A stretch of 64,000 nucleotides of DNA from an uncultured delta proteobacterium (GCA_963743525.1 CAVUQH010000003.1:320001-384000); one strand, 5' to 3'; shown: positions 41,294 to 54,696, numbered from the stretch's first letter. The notes: a model not told the origin generated them from the letters alone. Translations and numbers: made by a program.

Positions 41294-42880
41294 TCATTCC
41301 TCGCGCAGCTGGCGGGCGGCGTCCAACGCCAGGGTGGCAGTCGAAGTAACTTCGGTCAATGTGGCGCGAAGAGCCTCGACTTGTTGGGCTTCTCCGCGCA
41401 GCTCCCCGCGGACCCCTTCCAGCTCGTCCAGGACCCGGCTGGCGCCCTCGGTCTGCTCGCGGTGGGCCAGGGCGATCTGGTGAACCCTGTCGTTCATCGA
41501 CTCCACCGACAGGGCGATCTGCTTGGAACCCTTGTTTTGTTCGCGCGAGGAGCGCTCGACCACCTTTGTGATCTCGCGCATCTGCTCGGCCGACCGCATC
41601 ACCGACTCGGAGCCCTTGGACTGCTCGGAGGTGGCGGTGGCGATCGACTGCACGGTCTCGGCGATCCGGTTGATGGCGTCGGTCACCTGCTTGGAGCCGC
41701 GCGCCTGCTCGACGGTGGCCCGGGCGATGTCCTTGACCATCAGCCGCGACTTGTCGGCGATGTCGCGGATGCGGCGCAGGGCGTCCTCGGCCTGGTTGGA
41801 CACCCGCACCCCTTCGTCGACCGCCAGCGAACCGGCTTCGACCGCCTCGGTCGCGGCCCTGGTCTGCAGCTGCACCGCCTTGATCAGGTCGGCGATCTCC
41901 TTGGTCGAGGCGCCGGCGCGCTCGGCCAGGTCCTTGATCTCGTCGGCGACCACGGCGAAGCCCTTGCCGTGCTCGCCCGCCTGGGCGGCGATGATGGCGG
42001 CGTTGAGCGCCAGCAGGTTGGTCTGCTCGGCGACGTCGTCGATGACCTGGAGGATCTTGTCGATCTCTCCGATCTTGGCGCTGAGCGCGTCCATCACCTT
42101 GGTCGCCTCGCCGGACGACTTCTTGATCTTCTGGATGCCGCCGATGGTCTGGTTGATCGCCTCGACGCCCAGGTCGGAGGCGCGGGTGACCTCCTCGGAC
42201 AGCTTGGCGGTCTCGTTGGCGTTGTTCTGAACCTGATGGATCGACATGTCCATCTCGTTCATCGAGCTCGAGGTCTCCTCGGCGGTGGCCGACAGCTCGT
42301 GGACGTTGCTCGCCACCTCTTTGATGGCGTAGGTCATCTCTTCGATCGCCGACGCGGTGTCGGCGACGGCGTGGGCGAGCACGGTCATGTGCTCGACGAT
42401 CTCGTCGTTGGCGACGCCCAGCTGGGTGACCGAGGCCGACGACTCGACCGCCGATTCTTCCAGCGAGTTGATGCTCTCCTGGGTCGCGCGCAGGGCCGCG
42501 GTCATCTGCTGCAGACCGGCGGCGGTGGCGTCGATGTGGGCGAGCTGGGCGCCGACGTAGCCGACCAGCCGCTCGGCCTGGGCGACCGCGCGGGCGACGG
42601 CGTCACCGTGCGAGGTGCCGAGCTCGGCGACCCGGCTCATCCGCTTTTCGAACGACCGCTCCAGCTCGGCGGCGTCGGCGATCCGATCGTCGCGCGAGGC
42701 GCGGATGTGGCTCCACAACGCCAGCAGCGGGCCGGCGGCTGCGGCCACCGCCAGTCCAACGAGCACACCTTTGGGGCCCCAACGCGCCGGTGCCGCGACC
42801 GCCGTCGCGAGGGCGCCGCCGAGTGGCACGGCCAAGAGGACCCAGAAGAAGGTGTCGGATTGTGGGCGCGAGGATGCCAT
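41294..42880 (-). CDS. Methyl-accepting chemotaxis protein
   Basis: [29 protein letters not shown]; two N-terminal TMs. Confidence 0.92.
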   Translation of the reverse strand: MASSRPQSDTFFWVLLAVPLGGALATAVAAPARWGPKGVLVGLAVAAAAGPLLALWSHIRASRDDRIADAAELERSFEKRMSRVAELGTSHGDAVARAVAQAERLVGYVGAQLAHIDATAAGLQQMTAALRATQESINSLEESAVESSASVTQLGVANDEIVEHMTVLAHAVADTASAIEEMTYAIKEVASNVHELSATAEETSSSMNEMDMSIHQVQNNANETAKLSEEVTRASDLGVEAINQTIGGIQKIKKSSGEATKVMDALSAKIGEIDKILQVIDDVAEQTNLLALNAAIIAAQAGEHGKGFAVVADEIKDLAERAGASTKEIADLIKAVQLQTRAATEAVEAGSLAVDEGVRVSNQAEDALRRIRDIADKSRLMVKDIARATVEQARGSKQVTDAINRIAETVQSIATATSEQSKGSESVMRSAEQMREITKVVERSSREQNKGSKQIALSVESMNDRVHQIALAHREQTEGASRVLDELEGVRGELRGEAQQVEALRATLTEVTSTATLALDAARQLREE

Positions 42881-42937
42881 TGCCCCCGAGATTCCGCACG
42901 ATACCACGGTCGCGCGCCCGGCCCGAGCTCCGCGGGT

Positions 42938-45097
<2,160 letters not shown>

Positions 45098-45101
45098 CCG
45101 T

Positions 45102-46121
45102 TCATCCGAATAGGGTCATCTGTACCGGCGGACCGAGCGGTCGGACGATGCGCCCGCGCCGGTGGAGGGCGGCGGCCAGCGGCTCGGCCTGCCGGTGGGT
45201 GAGGTAGACGCGGCGCGCGCCGGCGCTCTCGATGTAGGCGACCAGCTCGTCGCGGCCGGCGTGACCGCTCCAGGCGACACCGTCGTCGGCGCCGACCGCG
45301 GCGGAGGCATCGGCCTCGGCAGCGCGGCCGCTGACCAGGATCACCCGCCCGCCGTCGCCGGCGACCGCGCGAGCCGAGTCGCGGTGAGCCAGCGGCCACA
45401 GCACCACGCGCCCGGCGGCGTTGTCGCGCGCGCCGACCCGGCGCATCGCCGGCAGCTCGACTTCCTGCGCCCGGCGCAGGCGCTGGGCGGCCACGTGGAT
45501 GGAGCGATGGGCGCCCAGGGCGACGCCGGCCTCGCCCAGCCGCGCGGCGACATCCAGCGCGCGGCCGATCGAACCGACCAGCAGCACCGTGGCCCGATCG
45601 GCGGGGCGTTCGGCCAGGCGACCGAGCAGCGCGGCTGCAGCGTCGTCGGTCGACGGAAACGACGGCGTGTCGTAGGCGGCGGCGACGATCAGCGTGTCGC
45701 ACGGGCGGACGTCGGCAGTGCCGCCCAAACCGCCGCCGCGCGGGTTGACCGCGCCGGCGTACAGCACCCGCTGGCCGTCGACGTTGACCGCCAGCCCGGC
45801 GGCGCCCAGCGAGTGACCGCTGCGCACCAGCTCCAGCCGCCGGGTGCCCAGCGTGAACGGCCGGCCGTACGGGCTCGACAGCACCGAATCGGGCCCGCGG
45901 CCGCCGTCGTCGATCGTCAGCAGCGTCTCGCCGGTGGCGATGATCTGGCCATGGCGCACGCGCCCGACCGCGTCCGCCCGCGACAGGAAACAGATGTCGC
46001 GAGCGCGCAGCGCATCGCACCAGATCGCGGTGCCGCACAGATGTACGCCGTCGCGCCACAGCGCGGTCTCATCGGCCGCGTCGTCATCACGGCTGGGGTC
46101 GCCAAGGGTCACGTCACGCAC
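45102..46121 (-). CDS. Degenerate MBL/beta-CASP exonuclease-like protein
   Basis: SGHSLGAA, VLYAG, WSGHA, VYLTH; HxHxDH missing. Confidence 0.6.
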   Translation of the reverse strand: MRDVTLGDPSRDDDAADETALWRDGVHLCGTAIWCDALRARDICFLSRADAVGRVRHGQIIATGETLLTIDDGGRGPDSVLSSPYGRPFTLGTRRLELVRSGHSLGAAGLAVNVDGQRVLYAGAVNPRGGGLGGTADVRPCDTLIVAAAYDTPSFPSTDDAAAALLGRLAERPADRATVLLVGSIGRALDVAARLGEAGVALGAHRSIHVAAQRLRRAQEVELPAMRRVGARDNAAGRVVLWPLAHRDSARAVAGDGGRVILVSGRAAEADASAAVGADDGVAWSGHAGRDELVAYIESAGARRVYLTHRQAEPLAAALHRRGRIVRPLGPPVQMTLFG

Positions 46122-46156
46122 ACGGTGCCACGCACGCGCTCAACCAGCAACCGCCA

Positions 46157-46380
46157 TGCCGACGCCGACGCCGACGTAGACGTAGACGTAGACGTAGACG
46201 CCGACGCCGACGCCGACGTAGACGTAGACGCCGACGTAGACGTAGACGCCGACGTAGACGCCGACGTAGACGTAGACGACGTAGACGTAGACGTAGACTT
46301 AGTCATAGACGTAGACGTAGTCGTAGTCGTTGACCTGAACGTGAACGTGGACGTCGGCTCCAGCGTAGACGTTGACGCTA
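46157..46380. repeat. (GACGCC/GACGTA)n hexamer microsatellite
   Basis: Directly visible; degenerates toward the right end. Confidence 0.92.
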
Positions 46381-46383
46381 GAC

Positions 46384-46518
46384 CCGCGCCTCCTCCGGAA
46401 GCTCGCCCGAGCCGCGCCTCCTCCGGAAGCTCGCCCGAGCCGCGCCTCCTCCGGAAGCTCGCCCGAGCCGCGCCTCCTCCGGAAGCTCGCTAGAGCAGCG
46501 CTTCCTCGGGCAGCTCGC
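46384..46518 (-). repeat. 28-nt tandem repeat x4, in register with the PilZ gene 3' end
   Basis: CCGCGCCTCCTCCGGAAGCTCGC at 46384, 46412, 46440, 46468; diverged unit at 46496. Confidence 0.92.
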
Positions 46519-47137
46519 TCTTGAGGAACTTCTTCTCCAGCTCGTCGACCCGGGCAACGAGCTCGGCACGGCTGGCGTCGTCGAGCGAGAAGACGATGCC
46601 CATGCCGGGGACGTCCTCGTCCTCGACGACCACCGTATGGGTGACGACGCCGACCAGCGAGGTCGGCTTTTCCTGCCCGGGGAAGCTGACCAAAAGGTGC
46701 AGCTCGGACTCCTCCGGCAGCGGATCCTCGGTGACGACGAAGATCCCTTCCTCGTTGATGTCGCGCGTGTAGCTCTTGCACGGCCCGTTGACGCCACCGT
46801 AGGTGACCTCCAGGCGCAGCGGCAGGCGCCGTCGCTCGCGCAGGTTGAGCAGGCCTCCGCGGACGAAGCCGTTGAGGTAGTTGACCTTCTCGCGCTCTTC
46901 CGGGCCCAGGGCGACGGTGGTGCCGGCTGGCGCAGGCCCGTCGGCGACGTCCCGGTGGGCGATCACCTGCCCGCGGAGGATGACGCGCGGGCCTCCGCTG
47001 CCGATCGACAGGTCGATGCGCACCGTGTCGCCGACCCCGGCCGTCGCGTCACCGTCGAGGTGGACGGTGAAGTCGCGGGGATCGAACACCTTCACCCACC
47101 GCCCCTTGTCCTCGAGGATTAGCTCGACCCGGATCAC
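46490..47137 (-). CDS. PilZ-domain protein
   Basis: RERRR and DINEEG motifs. Confidence 0.85.
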   Translation of the reverse strand: MIRVELILEDKGRWVKVFDPRDFTVHLDGDATAGVGDTVRIDLSIGSGGPRVILRGQVIAHRDVADGPAPAGTTVALGPEEREKVNYLNGFVRGGLLNLRERRRLPLRLEVTYGGVNGPCKSYTRDINEEGIFVVTEDPLPEESELHLLVSFPGQEKPTSLVGVVTHTVVVEDEDVPGMGIVFSLDDASRAELVARVDELEKKFLKSELPEEALL

Positions 47138-47164
47138 CGGGGTCGATTGTAACGGAAACCGGGC

Positions 47165-48166
47165 TCAGCGGGTGAGCTGGACGTCGATCGCGAGCCGGCG
47201 GTGGCCGCGGACGAGCTCGATGGTGAATCGATCGGTGTTCTTGAGGTGGGCGTACACACCAGCCGCGGCGTCGAGGTCGGCGACGTGGGCGCCGGCAATC
47301 GCGCTGATCTCGTCGCCGGCACGCAGCCCCAGTCGGTAGGGGAAGGAGCCGCGGGAGACGTCGATGACGCGGACGCGATCGTGGTCGCGGGCCAGCTGGA
47401 TCACCTGGGACAGGGCGGTGAAGTCGTCGAGGGCGCCGTCGAACTCGGCGCGGGGGATGTGCACGCGCTGGTGCGTGATTTCCGCGAGCGGCGGCAGCTC
47501 GAGCGCGGGAAGCACCGGGCCCGCCGCGGGCTTGGAGGCGGGCGCGGGAAGCACCGGGCCCGCCGAGGGCTTGGAGGCGGGCGCGGGCACGGAGGCGGGC
47601 GCGGGCACGGAGGCGGGCGCGGGCACGGAGGCGGGCGCGGGCACGGAGGCGGGCGCGGGCACGGAGGCGGGCGCGGCGTACGGGTCGACCGGCATCGCAT
47701 TCGCGTACGGGTCGATCGGCTGATCCGCCGGGTTGGTGACGGGGGTAGCGATCGGCGTCGATGTGGGCGCCTTGGCCGTCGGGGCCGCCGGTCCGGGTGC
47801 AGTGTTGCCGGTCTCGGCCACCGCGGGCAGGGTGATGACGTAGTGGGTCGCCCCCGCCGACAGGATCAGCTGGTCGGCGTCGACGGCGGTCACCGTGAAG
47901 CCCTGAAGCGTGTCACCTGCGCCAACCACGACATAGGTGCCGCGGTTTCGGTCGTAGACCAGCGCCTGGTGGGTCTTGGCCAGGACGGCGTCGAGGATGA
48001 CGTGCGGGGCGGGCGCGGGCGTGGCCGAGGCGGGCGCTGCGGTTTCTGCGGGGGCTGCCGGCTGGGCGCGCGCCGCCGGCGCGGCAGTAGCCGCGAGGGC
48101 GAAACCGAGAAGAAGCGCGCGAACCGTCACGTGCGCATGTGGTGCAACATCCGCACCACGCCGCAA
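47165..48166 (-). CDS. Secreted GspC-like/PDZ protein with PASVPA repeats
   Basis: Signal peptide; LGLRAGDEISAIAG; 18-nt repeats at ~47572-47675; start uncertain. Confidence 0.6.
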   Translation of the reverse strand: MRRGADVAPHAHVTVRALLLGFALAATAAPAARAQPAAPAETAAPASATPAPAPHVILDAVLAKTHQALVYDRNRGTYVVVGAGDTLQGFTVTAVDADQLILSAGATHYVITLPAVAETGNTAPGPAAPTAKAPTSTPIATPVTNPADQPIDPYANAMPVDPYAAPASVPAPASVPAPASVPAPASVPAPASVPAPASKPSAGPVLPAPASKPAAGPVLPALELPPLAEITHQRVHIPRAEFDGALDDFTALSQVIQLARDHDRVRVIDVSRGSFPYRLGLRAGDEISAIAGAHVADLDAAAGVYAHLKNTDRFTIELVRGHRRLAIDVQLTR

Positions 48167-48239
48167 CCACCCGGAAGCCGGGAGGCGCTGCCCTCGATCG
48201 TAGTCAGCCGTTCACGCTGGCCCTGACACGGGCGCGCAA

Positions 48240-49133
<894 letters not shown>

Positions 49134-49230
49134 AGCGCCTAAGATTCCTTGGCTTTCAGATCTCGAAGCCTACGAGATCATCCCCCGTGTTGCAACGTCC
49201 CCCCCCGCGTGATATTCGGCTCGCCCAGCC

Positions 49231-50010
49231 ATGAGCGAGGCGCCACGCGCCGACCGGCGCCTCCCGCGCCACGTCGGGATCATCATGGACGGCAACGGCC
49301 GCTGGGCGAAGAACCGGGGGCTGCCGCGGATCGAGGGCCATCGCGTCGGCGCCGACAGCGTCCGTGACGTGGTCCGCTTCAGCCGGCAAACCGGCCTGGA
49401 GGCCCTGACCCTGTACGCCTTTTCCGCCGAGAACTGGGCCCGTCCAGCCGACGAGGTCCGCGGCTTGATGGAGCTCCTGCGCGACTACGTGATCGAGGAA
49501 CGCGCCGAGATCATGGACAACGACATCCGCCTGCGGGCGCTGGGCGAGATCGACCGACTCCCGTCGATGGTCCGCGAGCCGCTCGATGCTCTGATCGCCG
49601 ATTCGGCGGCGAATCAGCACATGGCGCTGACCCTGGCGCTGTCGTACGGCGGCCGCGCCTCCATCGCCCTGGCCGCGCAGCGAGCGGCGGCAGCAGTGCA
49701 GCGAGGGGAGCTGGCGCTGGCGGCGGTCGATGTCGACGCCCTGGACCAGTTCATGCCGCTCGCCGACCTGCCCCCACTCGACCTGCTCATCCGCACCAGC
49801 GGCGAGCAGCGGGTGTCCAACTTCATGTTGTGGGAGCTGGCCTACGCCGAGCTCTACTTCACCGAGACCCTGTGGCCCGACTTCCGCCGCGAGCACCTCG
49901 ACGAGGCGCTCGACGAGTACGCCCGGCGCGAGCGGCGGTTCGGCCTGACCGGCGATCAGGTCGCCGGCATCGACACCGACCTCGGGCCCGGCCCGGGGCG
50001 GACGGAGTAA
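49231..50010 (+). CDS. uppS: Undecaprenyl diphosphate synthase
   Basis: IMDGNGRWA, FSAENW, RTSGEQR. Confidence 0.97.
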   Translation: MSEAPRADRRLPRHVGIIMDGNGRWAKNRGLPRIEGHRVGADSVRDVVRFSRQTGLEALTLYAFSAENWARPADEVRGLMELLRDYVIEERAEIMDNDIRLRALGEIDRLPSMVREPLDALIADSAANQHMALTLALSYGGRASIALAAQRAAAAVQRGELALAAVDVDALDQFMPLADLPPLDLLIRTSGEQRVSNFMLWELAYAELYFTETLWPDFRREHLDEALDEYARRERRFGLTGDQVAGIDTDLGPGPGRTE

Positions 50011-50012
50011 CC

Positions 50013-50855
50013 ATGGCGCTGGGCAATCTGGCATCGCGCTTCCTCGTCGCGCTGGTCGGCGTGCCGATCATTCTCGGCGCGGTCTACCAGCAGTGGCACC
50101 ACGGCATCCTCTGGGTGGTGATCTTCGGCGCCTCGCTGATCGCCATGAACGAGTTCTTCGCCATGGCCATCGAGGACAAGACCGACCGCCTGGCCGGCGT
50201 GATCCTCGGCGGACTGGCGTGCGCCGGCTTCTACTGGCTGGGGTTCCAACACGGTGGCTCGCTGGTGGCGATCTTCGGCGCCACGGTGCCGGTCGGCCTC
50301 TACTACATGTTCCGCTTCGGCGACATGAACACGGCGGCGGCGCGCTTCGGTACCACCGTGGCCGGCATCGTCTACGGCGGCCTCTTGTTCACCTTCCTGG
50401 CCATGCTCAAGCGCGACGGCGGAGCGCACGGCGGCGACTATGTCGTGTTCGTGCTGGCCATCGCCTGGGTCGGCGACACCGGCGCCTACTTTGCCGGCCG
50501 CTTCCTCGGCAAGACCAAGCTCTACCCGGCGGTCAGCCCGGGCAAGACCTGGGCGGGAGCGTTCGGCGGCCTGGCCGGCTCGGCGCTGGCGGCCGTCGCC
50601 ATGCACTACCTGCGCATGAAGAACGTGTCGCTGGGCGACATGTTGGCGATGGCGATCCCCGGTGCGGCGCTGGGACAGATGGGCGATCTGGTCGAGTCGA
50701 TGCTCAAGCGCTCGCGCGGGGTCAAGGACTCGGGCTCGCTGTTGCCGGGGCACGGCGGCATCCTCGACCGCGTCAACGCGGTGCTGTTCATCGGCCCGTA
50801 CGTCTATCTCTACGCTGCCTTCGCCATGCCGGAGCTGCACCGGCTGTTCGCGTAG
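50013..50855 (+). CDS. cdsA: Phosphatidate cytidylyltransferase
   Basis: SPGKTW, KDSGSLLPGHGGILDR. Confidence 0.96.
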   Translation: MALGNLASRFLVALVGVPIILGAVYQQWHHGILWVVIFGASLIAMNEFFAMAIEDKTDRLAGVILGGLACAGFYWLGFQHGGSLVAIFGATVPVGLYYMFRFGDMNTAAARFGTTVAGIVYGGLLFTFLAMLKRDGGAHGGDYVVFVLAIAWVGDTGAYFAGRFLGKTKLYPAVSPGKTWAGAFGGLAGSALAAVAMHYLRMKNVSLGDMLAMAIPGAALGQMGDLVESMLKRSRGVKDSGSLLPGHGGILDRVNAVLFIGPYVYLYAAFAMPELHRLFA

Positions 50856-51707
50856 TCACGCCGACTGGCGGACCACGACCGGGCGCAGCTCGAAGGTCTC
50901 GTACGGCATGACCACGCCGGCGGCGCGCAGGGCTTCGAACATCTTCTCGCGCAGCTCGAGGCGCATCGGAATGTGCGCGCGCTCGTCGCTGATCCACGCG
51001 CGCAGCTCGACGACGACGTTGTAGTCGTTGACCGTGGTCACCACCGCGACCGGCGCCGGCTCGGTGAGGTAGCGGTCGTCGCCGGCGATCACGTCGAGGA
51101 GGATGCCGCGCACCCGTGGAAGGTCCTCTTCGACGCCGATGGTCAGGGCGACGTCGAGGCGCAGGTGGGGGAAGTTGGTGTACGAGGCCACGGTGCTGTT
51201 GACGATCGACGCGTTCGGCACCGCCAGCATGCGGCCGTCAACGGTGACCACGCGCGTCGACCTCATGGTGATCTCGGAGACGCGGCCGTACTGACCGCCG
51301 ACCTCGACCAGGTCACCGACGACGAACGGCCGGTCCCAGAAGATGAAGATGCCGGAGATGACGTTGGACAGCGTGTCGCGGGCAGCGAAGCCGATGGTCA
51401 GGCCGGCGACCCCGAGGCTGGTCAGCATCCCGGTGGTGTCGATGCCCACCTCGCCCAGCGTGGCGATCACGCCGATGGTCAGGATCGCGTACTTGATGAT
51501 GGTCTGGATGAACGCGCGCGCGGTGGCGTCGAGGTCGCTCTTGCGCATCGCCAGCGCCGCGATCCGATCGATCGCCTTCCACAAGAGGTAGAAGAAGGCG
51601 AACACCAGCGCGCCGACGACGACGTCGGGCAGGAGCTGGTCGACCAGATAGCGGGAGATGTGCTCCCAGCTGAACAGCTCGCGGAGGCGGGCGCCGAGCG
51701 CGTCCAT
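50856..51707 (-). CDS. mscS: Small-conductance mechanosensitive channel
   Basis: GLTIGFA...RPFVVGD...VPN. Confidence 0.9.
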   Translation of the reverse strand: MDALGARLRELFSWEHISRYLVDQLLPDVVVGALVFAFFYLLWKAIDRIAALAMRKSDLDATARAFIQTIIKYAILTIGVIATLGEVGIDTTGMLTSLGVAGLTIGFAARDTLSNVISGIFIFWDRPFVVGDLVEVGGQYGRVSEITMRSTRVVTVDGRMLAVPNASIVNSTVASYTNFPHLRLDVALTIGVEEDLPRVRGILLDVIAGDDRYLTEPAPVAVVTTVNDYNVVVELRAWISDERAHIPMRLELREKMFEALRAAGVVMPYETFELRPVVVRQSA

Positions 51708-51719
51708 CGTTGGTCCCGA

Positions 51720-52661
51720 TCAGAGCGTGGCGAGGAAGCTGCGGCCGCGCTCGGCCCACTCCGAGCCGGGGTCGAGGGTGAGGTACTGCTCGAGGTGGTT
51801 GCGCGCCTGGGCGACGCCGCCGAGGCGGGCCAGGATCAGCGCCAGGTTGTAGTGGGCGTCGGCGAAGTCGGGGTGGTTGCGCACTACCCGGCGGAGCTCG
51901 CTGATGGCGTGCTCGGTCTCGCCGACGTCGTGGAGCAGGTTGCCCAGGTTGAAGCGCGCCTCCGGCTGGTGCGGCTCGTACTCGAGGGCGGTCTCGAACG
52001 CCTGCCGGGCCGGTTCGATCTTGCCCCGGCGGTAGAGGATGTTGCCCAGGTTGGTGTGGGCCGCGGCGAAGCTGGGCTCGAGGTCGAGGGCCAGGCGGTA
52101 GCACTGCTCGGCGGCCAGCTCGTCGCCGCGCTCGTCGGCGGCGACGCCGTCGAGGAAGTAGCCGTAGGCCGACGGCGGCTCGTGGGCTTCGGTCGGGCCG
52201 TCGTCAACGGCGGCCGGGACCGGGCTCGGCGCGGCGGTGACCTGCGAGCCCTCGGCGCGCGCCGTCGGCAGCTCGAGCACCTCGGTGACCCGGTTGCGCA
52301 GGCTGTCAACGGCGAACGACATCACCACCTGCCCCGACGACGGCTCGAACACCACATCGTCGTCAACCGCGACCACGGTTTCGCCATCCGAGCAGATGCG
52401 CAGGCGGTTCATCGGGTGGCGTTCGTCGCGGATGATCTCGCGCAGGCCTTCGAGGTTCTTGCGCACGGTCTGCATGCTCAGCCCGCGGCCGAGCAGCTCG
52501 AGAGCGGCCTTGACCGCGATCAGATCTTCGAACCGGTAGTAGAGGCGACCGTTGCGGCGAACGCTGGCGCCGACGAAGCCGGTCTGGATCCAGTAACGCA
52601 GGCGCGACTCCTGCACGCCGAAGATACGCGCGACATCCTTGATGCTGTAGAGCTCGCTCAC
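51720..52661 (-). CDS. MerR-like HTH + TPR protein
   Basis: YSIKDVARIFGV...LRYW; NLGN TPR repeats. Confidence 0.85.
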   Translation of the reverse strand: MSELYSIKDVARIFGVQESRLRYWIQTGFVGASVRRNGRLYYRFEDLIAVKAALELLGRGLSMQTVRKNLEGLREIIRDERHPMNRLRICSDGETVVAVDDDVVFEPSSGQVVMSFAVDSLRNRVTEVLELPTARAEGSQVTAAPSPVPAAVDDGPTEAHEPPSAYGYFLDGVAADERGDELAAEQCYRLALDLEPSFAAAHTNLGNILYRRGKIEPARQAFETALEYEPHQPEARFNLGNLLHDVGETEHAISELRRVVRNHPDFADAHYNLALILARLGGVAQARNHLEQYLTLDPGSEWAERGRSFLATL

Positions 52662-52663
52662 GG

Positions 52664-53113
52664 TCAGTCCTCCACGGGGGCTTCGATGTCCATGTCCAGA
52701 TGCAGGCTGGCGCCGGTGCGCCGGGTCTTGACGTCGATTTGCGCGGCGCCGATCGGCGACGCGGCCATGCGCCGGGCCTCGCCGACGGCAAGCTCCCTGG
52801 CGCGCCGCAACACGCGCTCGTCGGTGCCGACGAGATCGGCAACCCGCCGTGCCGCGGTCTCGTCGCACGGATCGCTCACCGCGTCCGCGGCGCGACCGAG
52901 ATCGATGGTGACCATCGTCGAGCCGAAGAACTGGTCGTCCTCGACCTGACCTTCTGACAGATGCGACGCGGCGCCGAACAAGATCTCGATCGCCGCGCTC
53001 GACAGCCGGATGCGAATCTCGCGCTCGAACAGCGACACTCGCCGGGCCAGCACCATCGGTTTGCGCGGCGGCGCCGCCACTTCGCACCGCTGCTTCGTTA
53101 CTCTGGAAGCCAT
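52664..53113 (-). CDS. Hypothetical protein
   Basis: ORF ends 2 nt before the next gene's start; upstream -10-like box. Confidence 0.65.
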   Translation of the reverse strand: MASRVTKQRCEVAAPPRKPMVLARRVSLFEREIRIRLSSAAIEILFGAASHLSEGQVEDDQFFGSTMVTIDLGRAADAVSDPCDETAARRVADLVGTDERVLRRARELAVGEARRMAASPIGAAQIDVKTRRTGASLHLDMDIEAPVED

Positions 53114-53170
53114 GGGCGCGATCGTATCCGTCCCCGACCAAAGAGCCCACTTTTCCGCACATGTAGGACA

Positions 53171-53309
53171 GGGGACGGTCTTAAGTTTCTAACTTCTTTC
53201 CTTAACCATTCCGGGCACTTTTCCGAAATCACTCCCTCCACCATGGAGTGGTTTCATGTAACAAGCTGATTTTGTTCATGAAAAAACTTAGAAACTTAAG
53301 AGCGTCCCC
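53171..53309. mobile_element. MITE-like AT-rich element with 30-bp terminal inverted repeats
   Basis: 53171-53200 vs reverse complement of 53280-53309: 27/30 match; no target-site duplication seen. Confidence 0.65.
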
Positions 53310-54696
53310 GGAGTTTGGGGATTTTCAGACGCCAGGGGGGCTGGCGGGGCGGGTGGTGGCGCTGCTGGAGGATGGCGTGCGGGCGGTGGTGGAGCCGACC
53401 TGCGGGCGCGGGAGCTTGCTGGTGGCGGCGCTGGAGCGGTTTCGCGGCGCGCAGGGGCTGGGGATGGAGATCGACGGGGGTCACGTGGCCGACTGCCGGG
53501 CGGCGCTGGCGGCGGCGGGGCTGGCGGCCGACGTCCGGCAGGCGGACTGCTTCCGCGTCGACTGGGAGGCCGAGCTCGGACGGCTGCCGGAGCCGCTGCT
53601 GGTGGTCGGCAATCCGCCGTGGGTGACCAGCGCGGCGCAGGGGGCGACCGGCGGAGCCAATCTGCCCGAGCGTTCGGCGCAGGTCGTGGCTCCGGGCCTG
53701 GACGCGGTCACCGGGGCGTCCAACTTCGACATCTCCGAGTGGATGATGCACCGGCTGGCCACGGCACTGGTCGGCCGTCGGGCGACGCTGGCGATGCTGT
53801 GCAAGACCTCGGTCGCGCGCCGGCTGTTGCGCCGGTTGTGGCGGGACGAGATCACGCCGGCGGCCGAGCTGCTGGCCATCGACGCCGCCGCCGACTTCGG
53901 CGCTGCGGTCGCCGCCTGCCTGCTGATCCTCGACTTTGGCCGACCCGGGGACGCCTCGTGCGCACAGCATGCCGGCCTGGCGCGCGACGCGGCGCCCGCG
54001 CGCTTCGGCTTGCGCGACGGCCAGCTGGTCGGCGACCTCGACGCCTACGCGCGCTGGCGCGACTTCGTCGGCGACGGCCCGCGCTGGCGCTCCGGCGTCA
54101 AGCACGACTGCGCCGCGGTCATGGAGCTCGGCCCCGACGGCGACGGTTGGCGCAACGGCCTGGGCGAAGCGGCCGACGTCGAGCCGGAGCTGCTGTTCCC
54201 ACTGCTCAAGAGCTCCGAGCTCGCCGCCGGCACCGCGCCCCGCCGCCGCCTCCTGTTGCCCCAGCGCGCCACCGGCGACGACCCGGCGGCGTTGCGCGAC
54301 CGCGCCCCGCGCGCCTGGCGCTACCTCGAGCGCTACGGCGATCGCCTCGACGCGCGCAAGAGCAGCGTCTACCGCGGGCGCCCGCGCTTCGCGGTCTTCG
54401 GCGTCGGCGCCTACAGCTTCAGCCGCTACAAGGTCGCAGTCAGCGGCTTCTACCGCCCGGCACGCTTCCGCCTGATCGAACCGGTCGGCGATCGCCCGGT
54501 GCTGTTCGACGACACCTGCTACTTCCTGTCGTTCGACGATCGTGCCCTCGCCGCTCGCGCCCTCGCCGCGCTCGAGTCGGAGCCGGCGCGCGCGCTCCTC
54601 GACGCGCTGACCTTTGCCGATGCCAAGCGGCCGATCACCGCGCGCCTGCTGCAGCGCCTCGACGTCGACGCTCTGGCTACTCGGGAAGCTCGCTGA
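53278..54696 (+). CDS. Orphan amino (N6-A/N4-C) DNA methyltransferase, gamma-type motif order
   Basis: GDFQTP, EPTCGRG, GNPPW; start uncertain. Confidence 0.88.
   Translation: MKKLRNLRASPEFGDFQTPGGLAGRVVALLEDGVRAVVEPTCGRGSLLVAALERFRGAQGLGMEIDGGHVADCRAALAAAGLAADVRQADCFRVDWEAELGRLPEPLLVVGNPPWVTSAAQGATGGANLPERSAQVVAPGLDAVTGASNFDISEWMMHRLATALVGRRATLAMLCKTSVARRLLRRLWRDEITPAAELLAIDAAADFGAAVAACLLILDFGRPGDASCAQHAGLARDAAPARFGLRDGQLVGDLDAYARWRDFVGDGPRWRSGVKHDCAAVMELGPDGDGWRNGLGEAADVEPELLFPLLKSSELAAGTAPRRRLLLPQRATGDDPAALRDRAPRAWRYLERYGDRLDARKSSVYRGRPRFAVFGVGAYSFSRYKVAVSGFYRPARFRLIEPVGDRPVLFDDTCYFLSFDDRALAARALAALESEPARALLDALTFADAKRPITARLLQRLDVDALATREAR

Noticed and set aside
46384..46490. CRISPR array (28-nt period)
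   Set aside because: No spacers; pure tandem repeat
45162..46493. ORF with a poly-(Asp-Val/Ala) tract
   Set aside because: Antisense to a real gene and merely reads through the microsatellite
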